DNA of 64,000 bases, from positions 160,001 to 224,000 of the forward strand of contig JABCTZ010000036.1 of assembly GCA_018238155.1 (NCBI GenBank), in the 5' to 3' direction. Position 1 is the first letter of the stretch. Every line of letters begins with the position of its first letter. Of this stretch, positions 1 through 9,608 are shown piece after piece. A model generated the notes under the pieces. That model saw nothing but the letters and a program-made list of their open reading frames with translations, was not told the origin of the DNA and searched no databases. This stretch comes from Candidatus Heimdallarchaeota archaeon (GTDB lineage: Archaea; Asgardarchaeota; Heimdallarchaeia; JABLTI01). The translations under genes and the position numbers were made by a program.

Positions 1-396
1 GAAATTATTGCACACTTTTTGAAACCAGGAGGTATTTTCTATATAGCAGAACTTCATCCATTCTCGATGGTTTTTGATGAAGTCCATGAAAAAGAATTGA
101 CCTTGAGATATGATTATTTTCATACACCTGAACCAATGGTATTCAAAGTAGATGGCACATATGCCGAGAAAGATGCAAAAGTAAAAGCAGAGAAGGAATA
201 TGAATGGACTCATAGTTTATCTGACATTGTTAATGCTCTTTTGAATGCTGGATTGAAACTCGAATTCATGAATGAATATCCAATTACAGTCTATGAGGCA
301 TTCCCATTTGCTAAACAAGATGAAGATAGCTATTATAGGTTGAAGAATCAGAAAGCAGAAATCCCTTTGATATTTACTATTCGTGCAACAAAATGA
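1..396 (+). CDS. Class I SAM-dependent methyltransferase, C-terminal part (5' truncated by window edge)
   Basis: Frame open from position 1; LKPGG-x-FY-x-x-E-x-HP and 'W-x-HSLSDIVNALLNAGL' patterns typical of Methyltransf_11/25-type proteins. Confidence 0.75.
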   Translation, partial: EIIAHFLKPGGIFYIAELHPFSMVFDEVHEKELTLRYDYFHTPEPMVFKVDGTYAEKDAKVKAEKEYEWTHSLSDIVNALLNAGLKLEFMNEYPITVYEAFPFAKQDEDSYYRLKNQKAEIPLIFTIRATK

Positions 397-563
397 TTTT
401 TTTTGTCGCATGCTATTCATCCTCAAAAACTTTATATTTAGCTAAATTTTTTTCTAATAAATATATTAAATTGCTAACTAAATGATAATTTTCCAATAAT
501 ACACGGATATTACAATGACTTCTATATCTGTACAGGGAAAGGTATTATTGCAAGAAATTTACA

Positions 564-794
564 TTGCAAAATTTAATGAGGAGCGTAAAATTGCCGAACG
601 AAAAATCCAAGGATGAATTTAACAAAGAACTAGTTGACACTCTTCAAAAAATCGTCAACCCTAGAAGGTTAAATCGAATCTACGATAAAGTTATTTCACA
701 CCAACAAAATGACCAATCATATCAACGACAGCAAGTTGTTTTGAGCGTTATTCAAGAATATATTCAAGAAATTGACAGTTATCTTCAAGAATAA
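564..794 (+). CDS. Small hypothetical protein (start may be TTG at 591 after a GAGGAG site)
   Basis: 76-codon ORF of helical, charged composition with an SD-like site; no recognisable motif. Confidence 0.5.
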   Translation: MQNLMRSVKLPNEKSKDEFNKELVDTLQKIVNPRRLNRIYDKVISHQQNDQSYQRQQVVLSVIQEYIQEIDSYLQE

Positions 795-893
795 CACCAT
801 TATTTTTCTTTTATCTTGTTAGTTACTCTGATAAACTTTCTTTACAAACACAAATTCCATAAATGATAGTTTTTTCTCTATATTGATGTAAAT

Positions 894-1724
894 ATGACGG
901 AAGATAATCCTGTATGTTTTGGAATGAAAAATATAACATCAATAACTCCTACTATTTGTTCACTAATGGATGTGCCACTGCCTAGCATTTCCACAGAAGA
1001 TGTTATTGATGATATTCTATTTATTAATAAAAAGAAATCGAAAAACGTTATAACAAAATGTTTATTGTATGCGCCTGACGGAATTGGTTATTTTCTAACT
1101 ATAAGGTATAAAGATCAATTCAAAAAAATGGCTGCTATAGCTCCCTATAGTATACGATTATGTTCTGTTTATCCTCCAAAAACACCCATTTGTTTTGCTT
1201 CAATGTTTACTGGAGCGTTGCCTAAAATTCATGGTAGGGAAAGATCAGAAAGAACCGTTCTAAAATGTGAAACCATTTTTGATACTTTTATAAAAGCAGG
1301 GAAAAAAATTGCTATCGTTGCAGTAAGGAGTTCAAGTATTGATTTAATTTTTAGAGAGAGAAAATTGGATTATTTTTCAGAAGAAACTGACGAGAAAGTA
1401 ACTTCAAGAGCAGTTGAATTGCTTAAGCAAGATCAACATGATTTAATTATTGTCTATCATCAAGAATATGATGATTTACTTCATGAAACCACTCCTGTGA
1501 GCCCTCGTGCGATTATTGCAATGAATAATCATATAGAGAGTTTCATAGAACTAGGTAATGCATTCAATAAATTCTGGAAAAAGTATAATCGTCTAATCCT
1601 ATTCACACCAGATCATGGTGCACATATCAGTAGAGAAGATGGTCGAGGTACTCATGGAAATAATATTCCGGAAGATATGGTAATAAGACACTATTATAAT
1701 GTAGAAAAAGGAGAAAACAAATAG
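894..1724 (+). CDS. Alkaline phosphatase superfamily protein (nucleotide pyrophosphatase/PglZ-like core)
   Basis: Motifs PDG, 'SVYPPKTPICFASMFTGALPKIHG', 'DDLLH', 'TPDHG', 'GTHG'. Confidence 0.75.
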   Translation: MTEDNPVCFGMKNITSITPTICSLMDVPLPSISTEDVIDDILFINKKKSKNVITKCLLYAPDGIGYFLTIRYKDQFKKMAAIAPYSIRLCSVYPPKTPICFASMFTGALPKIHGRERSERTVLKCETIFDTFIKAGKKIAIVAVRSSSIDLIFRERKLDYFSEETDEKVTSRAVELLKQDQHDLIIVYHQEYDDLLHETTPVSPRAIIAMNNHIESFIELGNAFNKFWKKYNRLILFTPDHGAHISREDGRGTHGNNIPEDMVIRHYYNVEKGENK

Positions 1725-1948
1725 TTTCTTCTCTACTTTAAAAAATAACAAAATAAATCTCTTCTACTTTAATAAATAAGGAATAAATATTTTAATTATT
1801 ATCATTGAATATGTGGTTAGGGTAATAATGAGTGCATTAACCACAATTTATTGAAAAAATCCTCATAAGAACTTCAATATGCCTTTTTACCCAAAAAGCG
1901 AGGAAAATGACGGATGGGAAAAATGACTGGAGAAGGATGATTTCCTTC

Positions 1949-3046
1949 TCAATTCCTTGTTTTGCGTGGTTTTGCTTGTATTGGTTTCTTGGTTGTTTTT
2001 GCTGATATTTTTGCTTGTTTTGAACGTTTTGCTCTTGTGGATTTTCGTTTAGGTTTAAGGTAAGCTTTCATAGCTTTCATGTGATTTTTGTAATGAGGTG
2101 ATTTCTTCAATAACCAGCTGCGAACTGCTGGTCTACAGATTATTGCTAGTATTCTTGCAAAAGCTAATCGACTTTTAGTGTCCTGAACATAATCATCAAA
2201 AGTATGTTTTTGGTATTGTAGTATTCTTTGACTTTCTGTGGTGTCCATAAATCCACAATGGAATGGTTCCTTTCCAAAAGCAGTATTTGGCAACCGACCT
2301 ATGCCCATTGCTTCAAGTAATCGCCCAACAAATTCTTCATATGTTACTCTACATTTTTCTCCGCCTGCAATATGGAGTGTTTTTCCCCATACTTCATCAT
2401 TTGTTGTTGCACGAGCCATTGCCAAACCGGTATCTCGTGTGTCTGTGTGTTCAATAGGTGTGTCTACAGGAACGTCGAACATAACTGGATCTACACCTTG
2501 ATCAATAGGCATTATTGCACTGAATCTGAAAATCGTCCAAATTAAATCAGAGCTTCGTATCATTTCTTCACATTTAATTTTATGGCGTGCATAGTGATCA
2601 TGTGAACTTGGATTAAATTCATCAGTAACTTTGATTATATAATCTGCTCCTTTATGTCTAACATCTCCATAAGTAGCAACGGATGAACTGAAAATTAACT
2701 TGGGTGGTATCTGTTGCTTCTTCATAGCAAGAATTAGGTTTTTCGTACCCCCGACATTAATTGGTTCTGCGAATTCAGGTTTGATATTTGCTAGTGGTGG
2801 AATAATTGCTGCTAAATGAATAACAACCTCTATACCTTTTACTGCATGTTCTAAATCTGATAAGTTGCGGAGATCACCCCAACAAATCTCAACTTTATCC
2901 AAATGTTTTTTGTACCTTCTTGCTTTTCTTTTATTAGCTTTAGTGGGTATATCAAAACATCTGATGTAATGATCCATTTTAATTAATTCATTTAATGTAC
3001 TTGTTCCAACATTTCCAAATGCACCTGTAAGTAAGATTTTAACCAT
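1949..3046 (-). CDS. NAD-dependent epimerase/dehydratase family (extended SDR) with basic C-terminal tail
   Basis: TGAFGNVG Rossmann motif, HLAA, SSS, YxxxK (YARHK); GGAGG SD upstream. Confidence 0.85.
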   Translation of the reverse strand: MVKILLTGAFGNVGTSTLNELIKMDHYIRCFDIPTKANKRKARRYKKHLDKVEICWGDLRNLSDLEHAVKGIEVVIHLAAIIPPLANIKPEFAEPINVGGTKNLILAMKKQQIPPKLIFSSSVATYGDVRHKGADYIIKVTDEFNPSSHDHYARHKIKCEEMIRSSDLIWTIFRFSAIMPIDQGVDPVMFDVPVDTPIEHTDTRDTGLAMARATTNDEVWGKTLHIAGGEKCRVTYEEFVGRLLEAMGIGRLPNTAFGKEPFHCGFMDTTESQRILQYQKHTFDDYVQDTKSRLAFARILAIICRPAVRSWLLKKSPHYKNHMKAMKAYLKPKRKSTRAKRSKQAKISAKTTKKPIQAKPRKTRN

Positions 3047-3312
3047 ATATAAGCCTCCTAAGATTTTTGATGCATTTTGAATTTACATACTATCTCTGTG
3101 CCATTTCTGTTTTTATTTTTAGTGCAATTTCGATGTGTATGTACCATAATGTTAGACTCTCTAACAGAGGCTTACACCACCATTGCTGCTAGGTATAATA
3201 GAAACGATTGATTCCTTATTCTGCTATATTTTTTAGCGATAAGAGCTAGCAAATACTAATCGGTGGTAATTAATGTAATTATGAGGTTACTCAGGGAGGG
3301 TAAGTCCTATCG

Positions 3313-3328
3313 AGTTAGACCTCAGACT
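3313..3328. promoter_or_regulatory. Putative palindromic operator AGTYAGA-NN-TCTRACT
   Basis: AGTTAGACCTCAGACT; its reverse complement matches 14/16 the palindrome at 51478-51493; lies in a divergent intergenic region near a TTTAAATA box. Confidence 0.5.
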
Positions 3329-3448
3329 AAATATTCTTTTTATAGTATTTAAATATTATTAAATCGACGAAAATCAACTAATAGCAGTTTCAGAAATATT
3401 CCATCCGAAGACTAAGTGTTTTAAGAGAGAAAAACATAATATTTCTTA

Positions 3449-4348
3449 GTGATTATCATGGAAATTACGCACGTAGGAAAACGAGGAATAGTATTTACTT
3501 TTGACGATTTATCTTCACCGGGTTATGCTTGCCCAACAAATGTTTATGTAGTTTACACAGGTAAGAGTTTCTTTATCTGTGACACTTTTCTAGGACCTGC
3601 ATCAATGAAATCTGTGAAGGAATATCTAGAAGAGAAATATGGAGAAAAAGAATACGTGGTTTTCAATAGTCATTCTCATTGGGATCATCATTGGGGAAAT
3701 AGTGCTTTTCTAAAGGCTAAAATAATTGCTCATGAATTGTGTATGGAAGATATGCGAGAAAACGCAGAGGGCATTCTTAAAAAGAAAGCTAAATTCAAAC
3801 GTGGGAAAGTAGTCATAACCTATCCAAACCTTCTCTTTAAAAACAATCTGAATTTTGATGAAGAACAAATTCAAATTTTCCATAGTCCTGGTCATACTCT
3901 AGATTCAAGTTCTTGTTATGACTCAGAAGACAAAGTTCTTTTCGCTGGGGATAATCTTGAAGAACCAATTCCGTATATCAATTCCAATTTAGAAGGTCTG
4001 AAAGAATATATTGAAACTTTGAAATATTATTCTTCTCTGGATATTGAAGTTATTATTCCCGGTCACGGTCAAGTATCTGATAAATCTCTACTTGAAGCCA
4101 ATTTACACTATCTTGAAAATTTGCCAAATCTTGTTGAACCTATTGATATTGAGAAACACGGTAAAGCTTTCTATATTGTTCATCTTGGAAATCTAAATAA
4201 ATTAGCAAAAATCTATGCTGAAGAGAAGAATAATAAAGAGGCTATTAAATTTTTCAAATTGCTACTTAAGATTAATGATCAAGTAAAGCTCTATGAAGAA
4301 GATTCAATTAAAGCCATTAACCAAAGAATTAAGGATTTAGAAAAATAA
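3449..4348 (+). CDS. MBL-fold metallo-hydrolase with C-terminal TPR-like helices
   Basis: HSHWDH, PGHT, AGD and PGHG motifs. Confidence 0.85.
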   Translation: MIIMEITHVGKRGIVFTFDDLSSPGYACPTNVYVVYTGKSFFICDTFLGPASMKSVKEYLEEKYGEKEYVVFNSHSHWDHHWGNSAFLKAKIIAHELCMEDMRENAEGILKKKAKFKRGKVVITYPNLLFKNNLNFDEEQIQIFHSPGHTLDSSSCYDSEDKVLFAGDNLEEPIPYINSNLEGLKEYIETLKYYSSLDIEVIIPGHGQVSDKSLLEANLHYLENLPNLVEPIDIEKHGKAFYIVHLGNLNKLAKIYAEEKNNKEAIKFFKLLLKINDQVKLYEEDSIKAINQRIKDLEK

Positions 4349-4499
4349 TCTACTTAGTAGTTTTATTTCACTCATTATCCTCTTTTCTTTTATTATTGTA
4401 AAATACTAATGAAATTTGAACAATTTATTAATTCGTGTAATTACATTTATAATATTTGATTACAGTATTTAATTAGGGGATAGTAATGAGAGGATAACA

Positions 4500-5792
4500 T
4501 TGACGATGAGAATACTATCTAGATATACAAAGAAATTATCTCTTTTATTAATTATTTTAGTAATTGTTCTTCCAAGCATTTTCACAGGTGTAATTGGGAG
4601 AAATGCTAATCAAAATAATTCGAATTCAATAAATAATATGAGTGCTCCATTATACAACTATAATGATATTGTAGTAAAAGATGATCTAGTAATTCTTTCA
4701 TCATTTGGTAATTTCTGGGAAATTTGGAATACATCTAACCCCAAAAAACCTTTTCTAGTAAAGACCATTCATTTTGATTCTGAAGACTTAGAATATATTT
4801 CCGATATGGAAATAATCAATGATTATCTTTTTATCAAGATTCCAGATCAAATAATTATTTATGATCTAGCAGACCCAACAAACCCAAATAATATAGCTTC
4901 AATTTCTTGCCAATTTTCTAATGTAGTAGAAATTCATTTTGAGAATAATCTTCTTTATTTGCTTCAATATGTGGAACATTCGAGTTACTATACTTCTACA
5001 CTTTCTATATTGAATATAAGTAAATTTAATTCAATTCAACTCTTGGGTGTTTACAATTCGAGTATTCATCATGCTAATTATGATATGTTACATGACCGTG
5101 ATAGATTATTGATTAAAGATAGTTTTGTGTATTTAATTTGCCTAGGAGATTATCATCCTGATGATATGGATTCCGTTCTAGAAATAATCGATATAAGTAA
5201 TAAATCAAATCCCCAAAAAAAAGGTGAATTTGTTTTGCCTTCCAGACCTTATTCTATTGGATTAAGGGATAATTTTGCATTTATTCCAACTCATTATGAT
5301 TGCCTTCAAATTATTGATTGTTCTAATCCAAGTGCTCCTATTAACGTTTCAAAATTCGAAAGTACTGAAATAATAAATGATATTGAAATACATAACAATG
5401 TTTGTTATCTTGCATTAGCAACTAAATTTGTTATTTTAGATTTAACAGATATTGAAAACATTATTACTCTTGGAGAGTATACACTAAGAAATCAAGGTAA
5501 TACCTATTTCAATAACCTCAAAGTACATGGTGATATCCTTTATACAATAGGTCCCTCTGAACATCATGATCGTTATTTTTTCATTTTTGATTGCTCTGAT
5601 TTAACAGACCCAACTAGGCTTTATCCAAAAGGAATACGAATTTCTGGTGAAATATTATTTAAATTAGTAATTTTTTCAACGTATGCGGGGATTATTTTGG
5701 GATCTATACTAATTATCGTTGGTCTCTTTTTCTTAATTAAGAAACTAAAACAAAGGAGATCCAGGGTTCATCAAAATGAAGCAAAAAGTTGA
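4500..5792 (+). CDS. Membrane-anchored LVIVD-repeat (beta-propeller) surface protein
   Basis: N-terminal signal/TM, repeated 'I(I)D(I/C/L)S(N/D)PxxP' units, C-terminal TM plus basic tail. Confidence 0.75.
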   Translation: MTMRILSRYTKKLSLLLIILVIVLPSIFTGVIGRNANQNNSNSINNMSAPLYNYNDIVVKDDLVILSSFGNFWEIWNTSNPKKPFLVKTIHFDSEDLEYISDMEIINDYLFIKIPDQIIIYDLADPTNPNNIASISCQFSNVVEIHFENNLLYLLQYVEHSSYYTSTLSILNISKFNSIQLLGVYNSSIHHANYDMLHDRDRLLIKDSFVYLICLGDYHPDDMDSVLEIIDISNKSNPQKKGEFVLPSRPYSIGLRDNFAFIPTHYDCLQIIDCSNPSAPINVSKFESTEIINDIEIHNNVCYLALATKFVILDLTDIENIITLGEYTLRNQGNTYFNNLKVHGDILYTIGPSEHHDRYFFIFDCSDLTDPTRLYPKGIRISGEILFKLVIFSTYAGIILGSILIIVGLFFLIKKLKQRRSRVHQNEAKS

Positions 5793-6372
5793 TCTTGCAA
5801 TAGTATTTGGTTTTGCCACCATAGCACTTTTTTTCACCTCGCAAATATTGATTATAAACGAGCTAAATCCCAAAACTGCCTTGTCTTTTGAAGATGAAGA
5901 TGTAATTATTGCTATTACAGGAGATAATGCTTCTCTCTTGGCTCGATATGGTTTGAAAAATTATGGAGAATTAGATTCCTATTTAATTTCACTTCCCTTT
6001 GCCAGTCGTCCTTGGGATATTAATTTGACATTTAATGGTCTACCACTGGATTATTCTTGGACTACTATGATGCTTTCTTCTGAACCTGAAACATTCGATA
6101 CGATTATATTTCGAGTAGAATTAGAACCTGGTCAAAAAGGAGATGTTCTTGTCAGCTACAAACGAAACTATGATTTAGTGGAAGAGGAAGATTCTTCTTC
6201 AATTGTTTTTCGCTATATTGTTGGTTCAACAAAATCTTGGGGAGAACCATTGATTTTTGCCCATTTTGAATTTTGGTTGCAAGAAAATGAATCAGATACT
6301 TTGCTTGAATCTCGAGATTATACTAACTGGCTGCCGACAGAAACTTTCTTGTTTTTCGAATATCTTCTCTGA
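5776..6372 (+). CDS. Secreted/membrane-anchored hypothetical protein (DUF4424-like beta-sandwich)
   Basis: Signal anchor; 'FRYIVGSTKSWGEPL' resembles the Y-x-L-x-T-x-x-x-W-x-G-P-I motif; overlaps the upstream gene. Confidence 0.55.
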   Translation: MKQKVDLAIVFGFATIALFFTSQILIINELNPKTALSFEDEDVIIAITGDNASLLARYGLKNYGELDSYLISLPFASRPWDINLTFNGLPLDYSWTTMMLSSEPETFDTIIFRVELEPGQKGDVLVSYKRNYDLVEEEDSSSIVFRYIVGSTKSWGEPLIFAHFEFWLQENESDTLLESRDYTNWLPTETFLFFEYLL

Positions 6373-6427
6373 ATGAGCTGTCACAAAAGCAAGTATTAAT
6401 AATAGTTATACTGACTTTTAACATGTA

Positions 6428-8146
6428 ATGTCAGAACAGAGATTCCCTTATTTCAAGTCGACCATGGTTAGTTTTGGGTATTTCACCAACAACCTTACGT
6501 GGTCCGCTTTTAATATCTTCGTTCCACTAATTTTAAGCGATAATTTAAAGGCTCTACTTGGTGATGTTCCTTACATCAATACACTCATTGGATTAATAAT
6601 GATTTTAGATAATATTGCCTCTATTATTATACAACCTTATATCGGAGCACTATCTGATCGTATTTGGATAGCAAAATTGGGAAGAAGAATGCCATTTGTG
6701 ATTATTGGTATTCCTCTTGCAGCATTTTTCTTTGGCCTTATTGGTACATTTCAATCAACAATGTTTGTCGTCTTAATCGGTATTTGTGGTTTTAATATTA
6801 GTATGGCATTTTACAAGTCACCAGTCATGAGTTTAGTTCCAGATTTACTCCCAAGAGAGTACAGAAGTCAAGGTGCAGGTGTACTCAATGTTGTTGGTGG
6901 AGTTGCAAGCATATCTGGACTATTGATTGTTTCAAGTTTAATAGTAAATCATAGCAAATTTGCTTTTTGGGCACTCTCAATAATAATGATTATTTGTTTA
7001 GGCATTTTATTACTGACTGTTCGTGAAAAGAAAGATATTGAAATTGAAAAAAGAGAGAAGAAAATTGGTCTTTTTTCATCTATCAAACGCATAGTGAAAG
7101 ACCGAAATTTACCACTCATATTCATGTTATGTTCAGTCTTTTTTCACACAGCAGGGTATAGTGTAGTTGAAACATTCATTAGTAGATACTCAACTGAATT
7201 ACTAGGTTTCCATCCTAGTACAGCCGGAAAAATTCTTGCTGCTTTCATTGGTTTTACTGTTATTGCTGCTTTACCTGCAGGTCTTGTAGGAAAAAGAATT
7301 GGTGCATTAAATGCAGTTGTTATTGGCATAGTCGGATTTACTGTCTCACTTATACCTTTGACTATTTTCAGTCTTCTACCTGATTTAACTATTATGAAAG
7401 ATGTATTAACACTCAATACTTTACAATCACCAATATTCACGTTGCAATTTTTACTCTACTTTCTAATAATATTCATTATGGGTTTTAGTTACTTGTTATT
7501 ATCAATTAATTCAATAGTAGTTATTTGGAATTTTGCTCCCGATAAAGAGACAGCAACATATACTAGCTTCTTCTATGTTGCTTTACATTTAGCAGCAATA
7601 CTCAGTCCATTTATCGCAGGAAGTATTTTCGATTTATATGCTTTCAATTTATTTAAGAATGGTGATGATACCTCAGGTTTAAGAATTATGTTTGTGTATG
7701 CTATTGTCTGTTTTATGTTAACGATTATCTTTATTTCTCTAGTTAAAGTATTTAGAAATAAACAATTGAGGGAAATTGGTGATAAAGAAACCTACATCAG
7801 ACATCGTTTAGAACAGAAGGAATATCCTCTAGAATACATTCCAATGCTTCTATTTGGAATAGGTACACGAAGGCGGAACGCAATCCTCGTTTTGCGAAAG
7901 GAGCATCAAGAAGAACAAAAGGATATAGATGAAAAAATACGGAAATTGCGAAAAAAGCAAATGTATGTAGTTGAAAACTTAAGTGATGATACAAGAAATA
8001 TAGAGGAATTGCAGAAGAAAACAATTATTGAACACAAACAAATGAAGAAAGAAATGACAAAAGAACAAAAGGAAAAAATCAGAGAATTGAGACAGGATAT
8101 CATTGAAAAGAAGATCAAGAAAAAATTGGAAGAAGAATACGATTAA
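6428..8146 (+). CDS. MFS transporter (GPH/SLC45-like) with C-terminal coiled-coil extension
   Basis: 'QPYIGALSDR...GRRMPF' MFS motif A, about 12 TM segments, charged C-terminal tail. Confidence 0.85.
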   Translation: MSEQRFPYFKSTMVSFGYFTNNLTWSAFNIFVPLILSDNLKALLGDVPYINTLIGLIMILDNIASIIIQPYIGALSDRIWIAKLGRRMPFVIIGIPLAAFFFGLIGTFQSTMFVVLIGICGFNISMAFYKSPVMSLVPDLLPREYRSQGAGVLNVVGGVASISGLLIVSSLIVNHSKFAFWALSIIMIICLGILLLTVREKKDIEIEKREKKIGLFSSIKRIVKDRNLPLIFMLCSVFFHTAGYSVVETFISRYSTELLGFHPSTAGKILAAFIGFTVIAALPAGLVGKRIGALNAVVIGIVGFTVSLIPLTIFSLLPDLTIMKDVLTLNTLQSPIFTLQFLLYFLIIFIMGFSYLLLSINSIVVIWNFAPDKETATYTSFFYVALHLAAILSPFIAGSIFDLYAFNLFKNGDDTSGLRIMFVYAIVCFMLTIIFISLVKVFRNKQLREIGDKETYIRHRLEQKEYPLEYIPMLLFGIGTRRRNAILVLRKEHQEEQKDIDEKIRKLRKKQMYVVENLSDDTRNIEELQKKTIIEHKQMKKEMTKEQKEKIRELRQDIIEKKIKKKLEEEYD

Positions 8147-8544
8147 ATGAACGGATTCAATCTTCATTTTAATATCTATTTTCCTTTTGGTGCTTCTTTT
8201 TTTTGCCTAAATTTATTCTATTTCAGTTGTAGTAGAAGAGAATTAGTAAAAAAATAGGTTGATCTAAAAGCATGTGTTAAGCTTGAAAATATTGTTAAAA
8301 TACAATACAAAAATCTCTCATAAAAGAGTATTTTTGTCTTTACTCTTTTTTGAGAATAAACAACTTACTAATTTATTAATCTATTAATTCATTGAAAAAA
8401 CTTTCTTTTTTCTAATAAATCAATCTCTCTTTAATTCATTTATCTATTTATTTCATAACCCTTTTTGCCACAAAAAAAAGCTATTTATATCAATTCTTAC
8501 AATAAAAGTAGATATACAATTAATATTGAAAGGAGAAAAATTAA

Positions 8545-9036
8545 ATGAAACCACTAAGCCTCTGTTTAGTACAAATGGGAGACAAGGGACTTGAATTAGT
8601 ATCATCACATCCAAAGGTTTTACCAAAAGAAGTTCTAACTGAAATCACCTATAAATCAATGCCAATGGGTGCAAAGCCTGGAGAATTTGTTTCTTCATCT
8701 GTGAGTGATCTATTCTATTCAAGCTATATTTTCTCTTTACCAAGAGAAGATTCTCGAGACAATATTTGTGCTATTATCGCTATTTTTAGTGACATGAAAT
8801 ATAACATTGATGGAATTAGAAAAGTTTTCTCGTTTTTAATTAAGGAATTAGAAACAAAGACTCTTTTAAAATTAGATCTTATGGAGGAAATCTTACCTAA
8901 TCTCTATACTGGATTCAGTAAAGGAAACATTAGAATAAAGATTAGTTCAGTTGCAACAATCTCGATTGATTTTGAAACTAAAGAAGAAGAACCCAAAGAT
9001 GAAACTACTGATCTTGAAGATGATTTATGGAAATAA
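8545..9036 (+). CDS. uDENN/longin-like domain protein
   Basis: beta-'GDKGLEL'-P-helix-'KSMP'-beta-beta-'RD' pattern; paralogous to 38759..39538. Confidence 0.55.
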   Translation: MKPLSLCLVQMGDKGLELVSSHPKVLPKEVLTEITYKSMPMGAKPGEFVSSSVSDLFYSSYIFSLPREDSRDNICAIIAIFSDMKYNIDGIRKVFSFLIKELETKTLLKLDLMEEILPNLYTGFSKGNIRIKISSVATISIDFETKEEEPKDETTDLEDDLWK

Positions 9037-9065
9037 TGAAAGACTAAGAAAAGGAGTGTAATTGA

Positions 9066-9608
9066 GTGTCATTTCTACGAAATCTCTTTAGAAGAAAAAG
9101 AACAAAAGAAGTCGATATAACGATTTGTGGTTTAGCAAGTGCTGGAAAAACTACAATTGTAAAATACCTTGAAACAGGTCAATTTATTGATACACAACCA
9201 ACCATGGGTATTAATCGTGGTGAGACAATTAGTGTTGAAAAACTTGAAATAAATATTTTTGATCTTGGAGGTCAAGATGATTTCAGAGTTCTCTGGCCTG
9301 AAGTAAATGAGAATTCAGATGGAATAGTTTTTGTTGTTGATAAGCACGATACAATACAATTCGAAGAAGCCCGTTTGACATTTCAAGAAATTGTCAAATC
9401 ACAAATACATGAAGATGTAATCGTACTTGTTTTATTACACAAAAATGATCTGCCTGGCGGAATGTCTCGAAGTAGTTTTATTCAAGAATTTGATTTAATT
9501 GATTTATCTTTCAAATGGGCTTGCTATGAAACTTCTGCAAAAACTGGTGAGAACATCTTTGAAGCATTTAGATGGTTTTTTGATCAATTGATGGAGGAAT
9601 CTTCCTAA
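9066..9608 (+). CDS. Arf-family small GTPase
   Basis: G1 GLASAGKTT, G2 PTMG, G3 DLGGQ, G4 HKND, G5 TSAK; N-terminal amphipathic helix MSFLRNLFRRK. Confidence 0.92.
   Translation: MSFLRNLFRRKRTKEVDITICGLASAGKTTIVKYLETGQFIDTQPTMGINRGETISVEKLEINIFDLGGQDDFRVLWPEVNENSDGIVFVVDKHDTIQFEEARLTFQEIVKSQIHEDVIVLVLLHKNDLPGGMSRSSFIQEFDLIDLSFKWACYETSAKTGENIFEAFRWFFDQLMEESS

Noticed and set aside
3058-3147. 29-codon uORF ending at the SDR SD sequence
   Set aside because: No SD or telling composition; such lengths arise by chance
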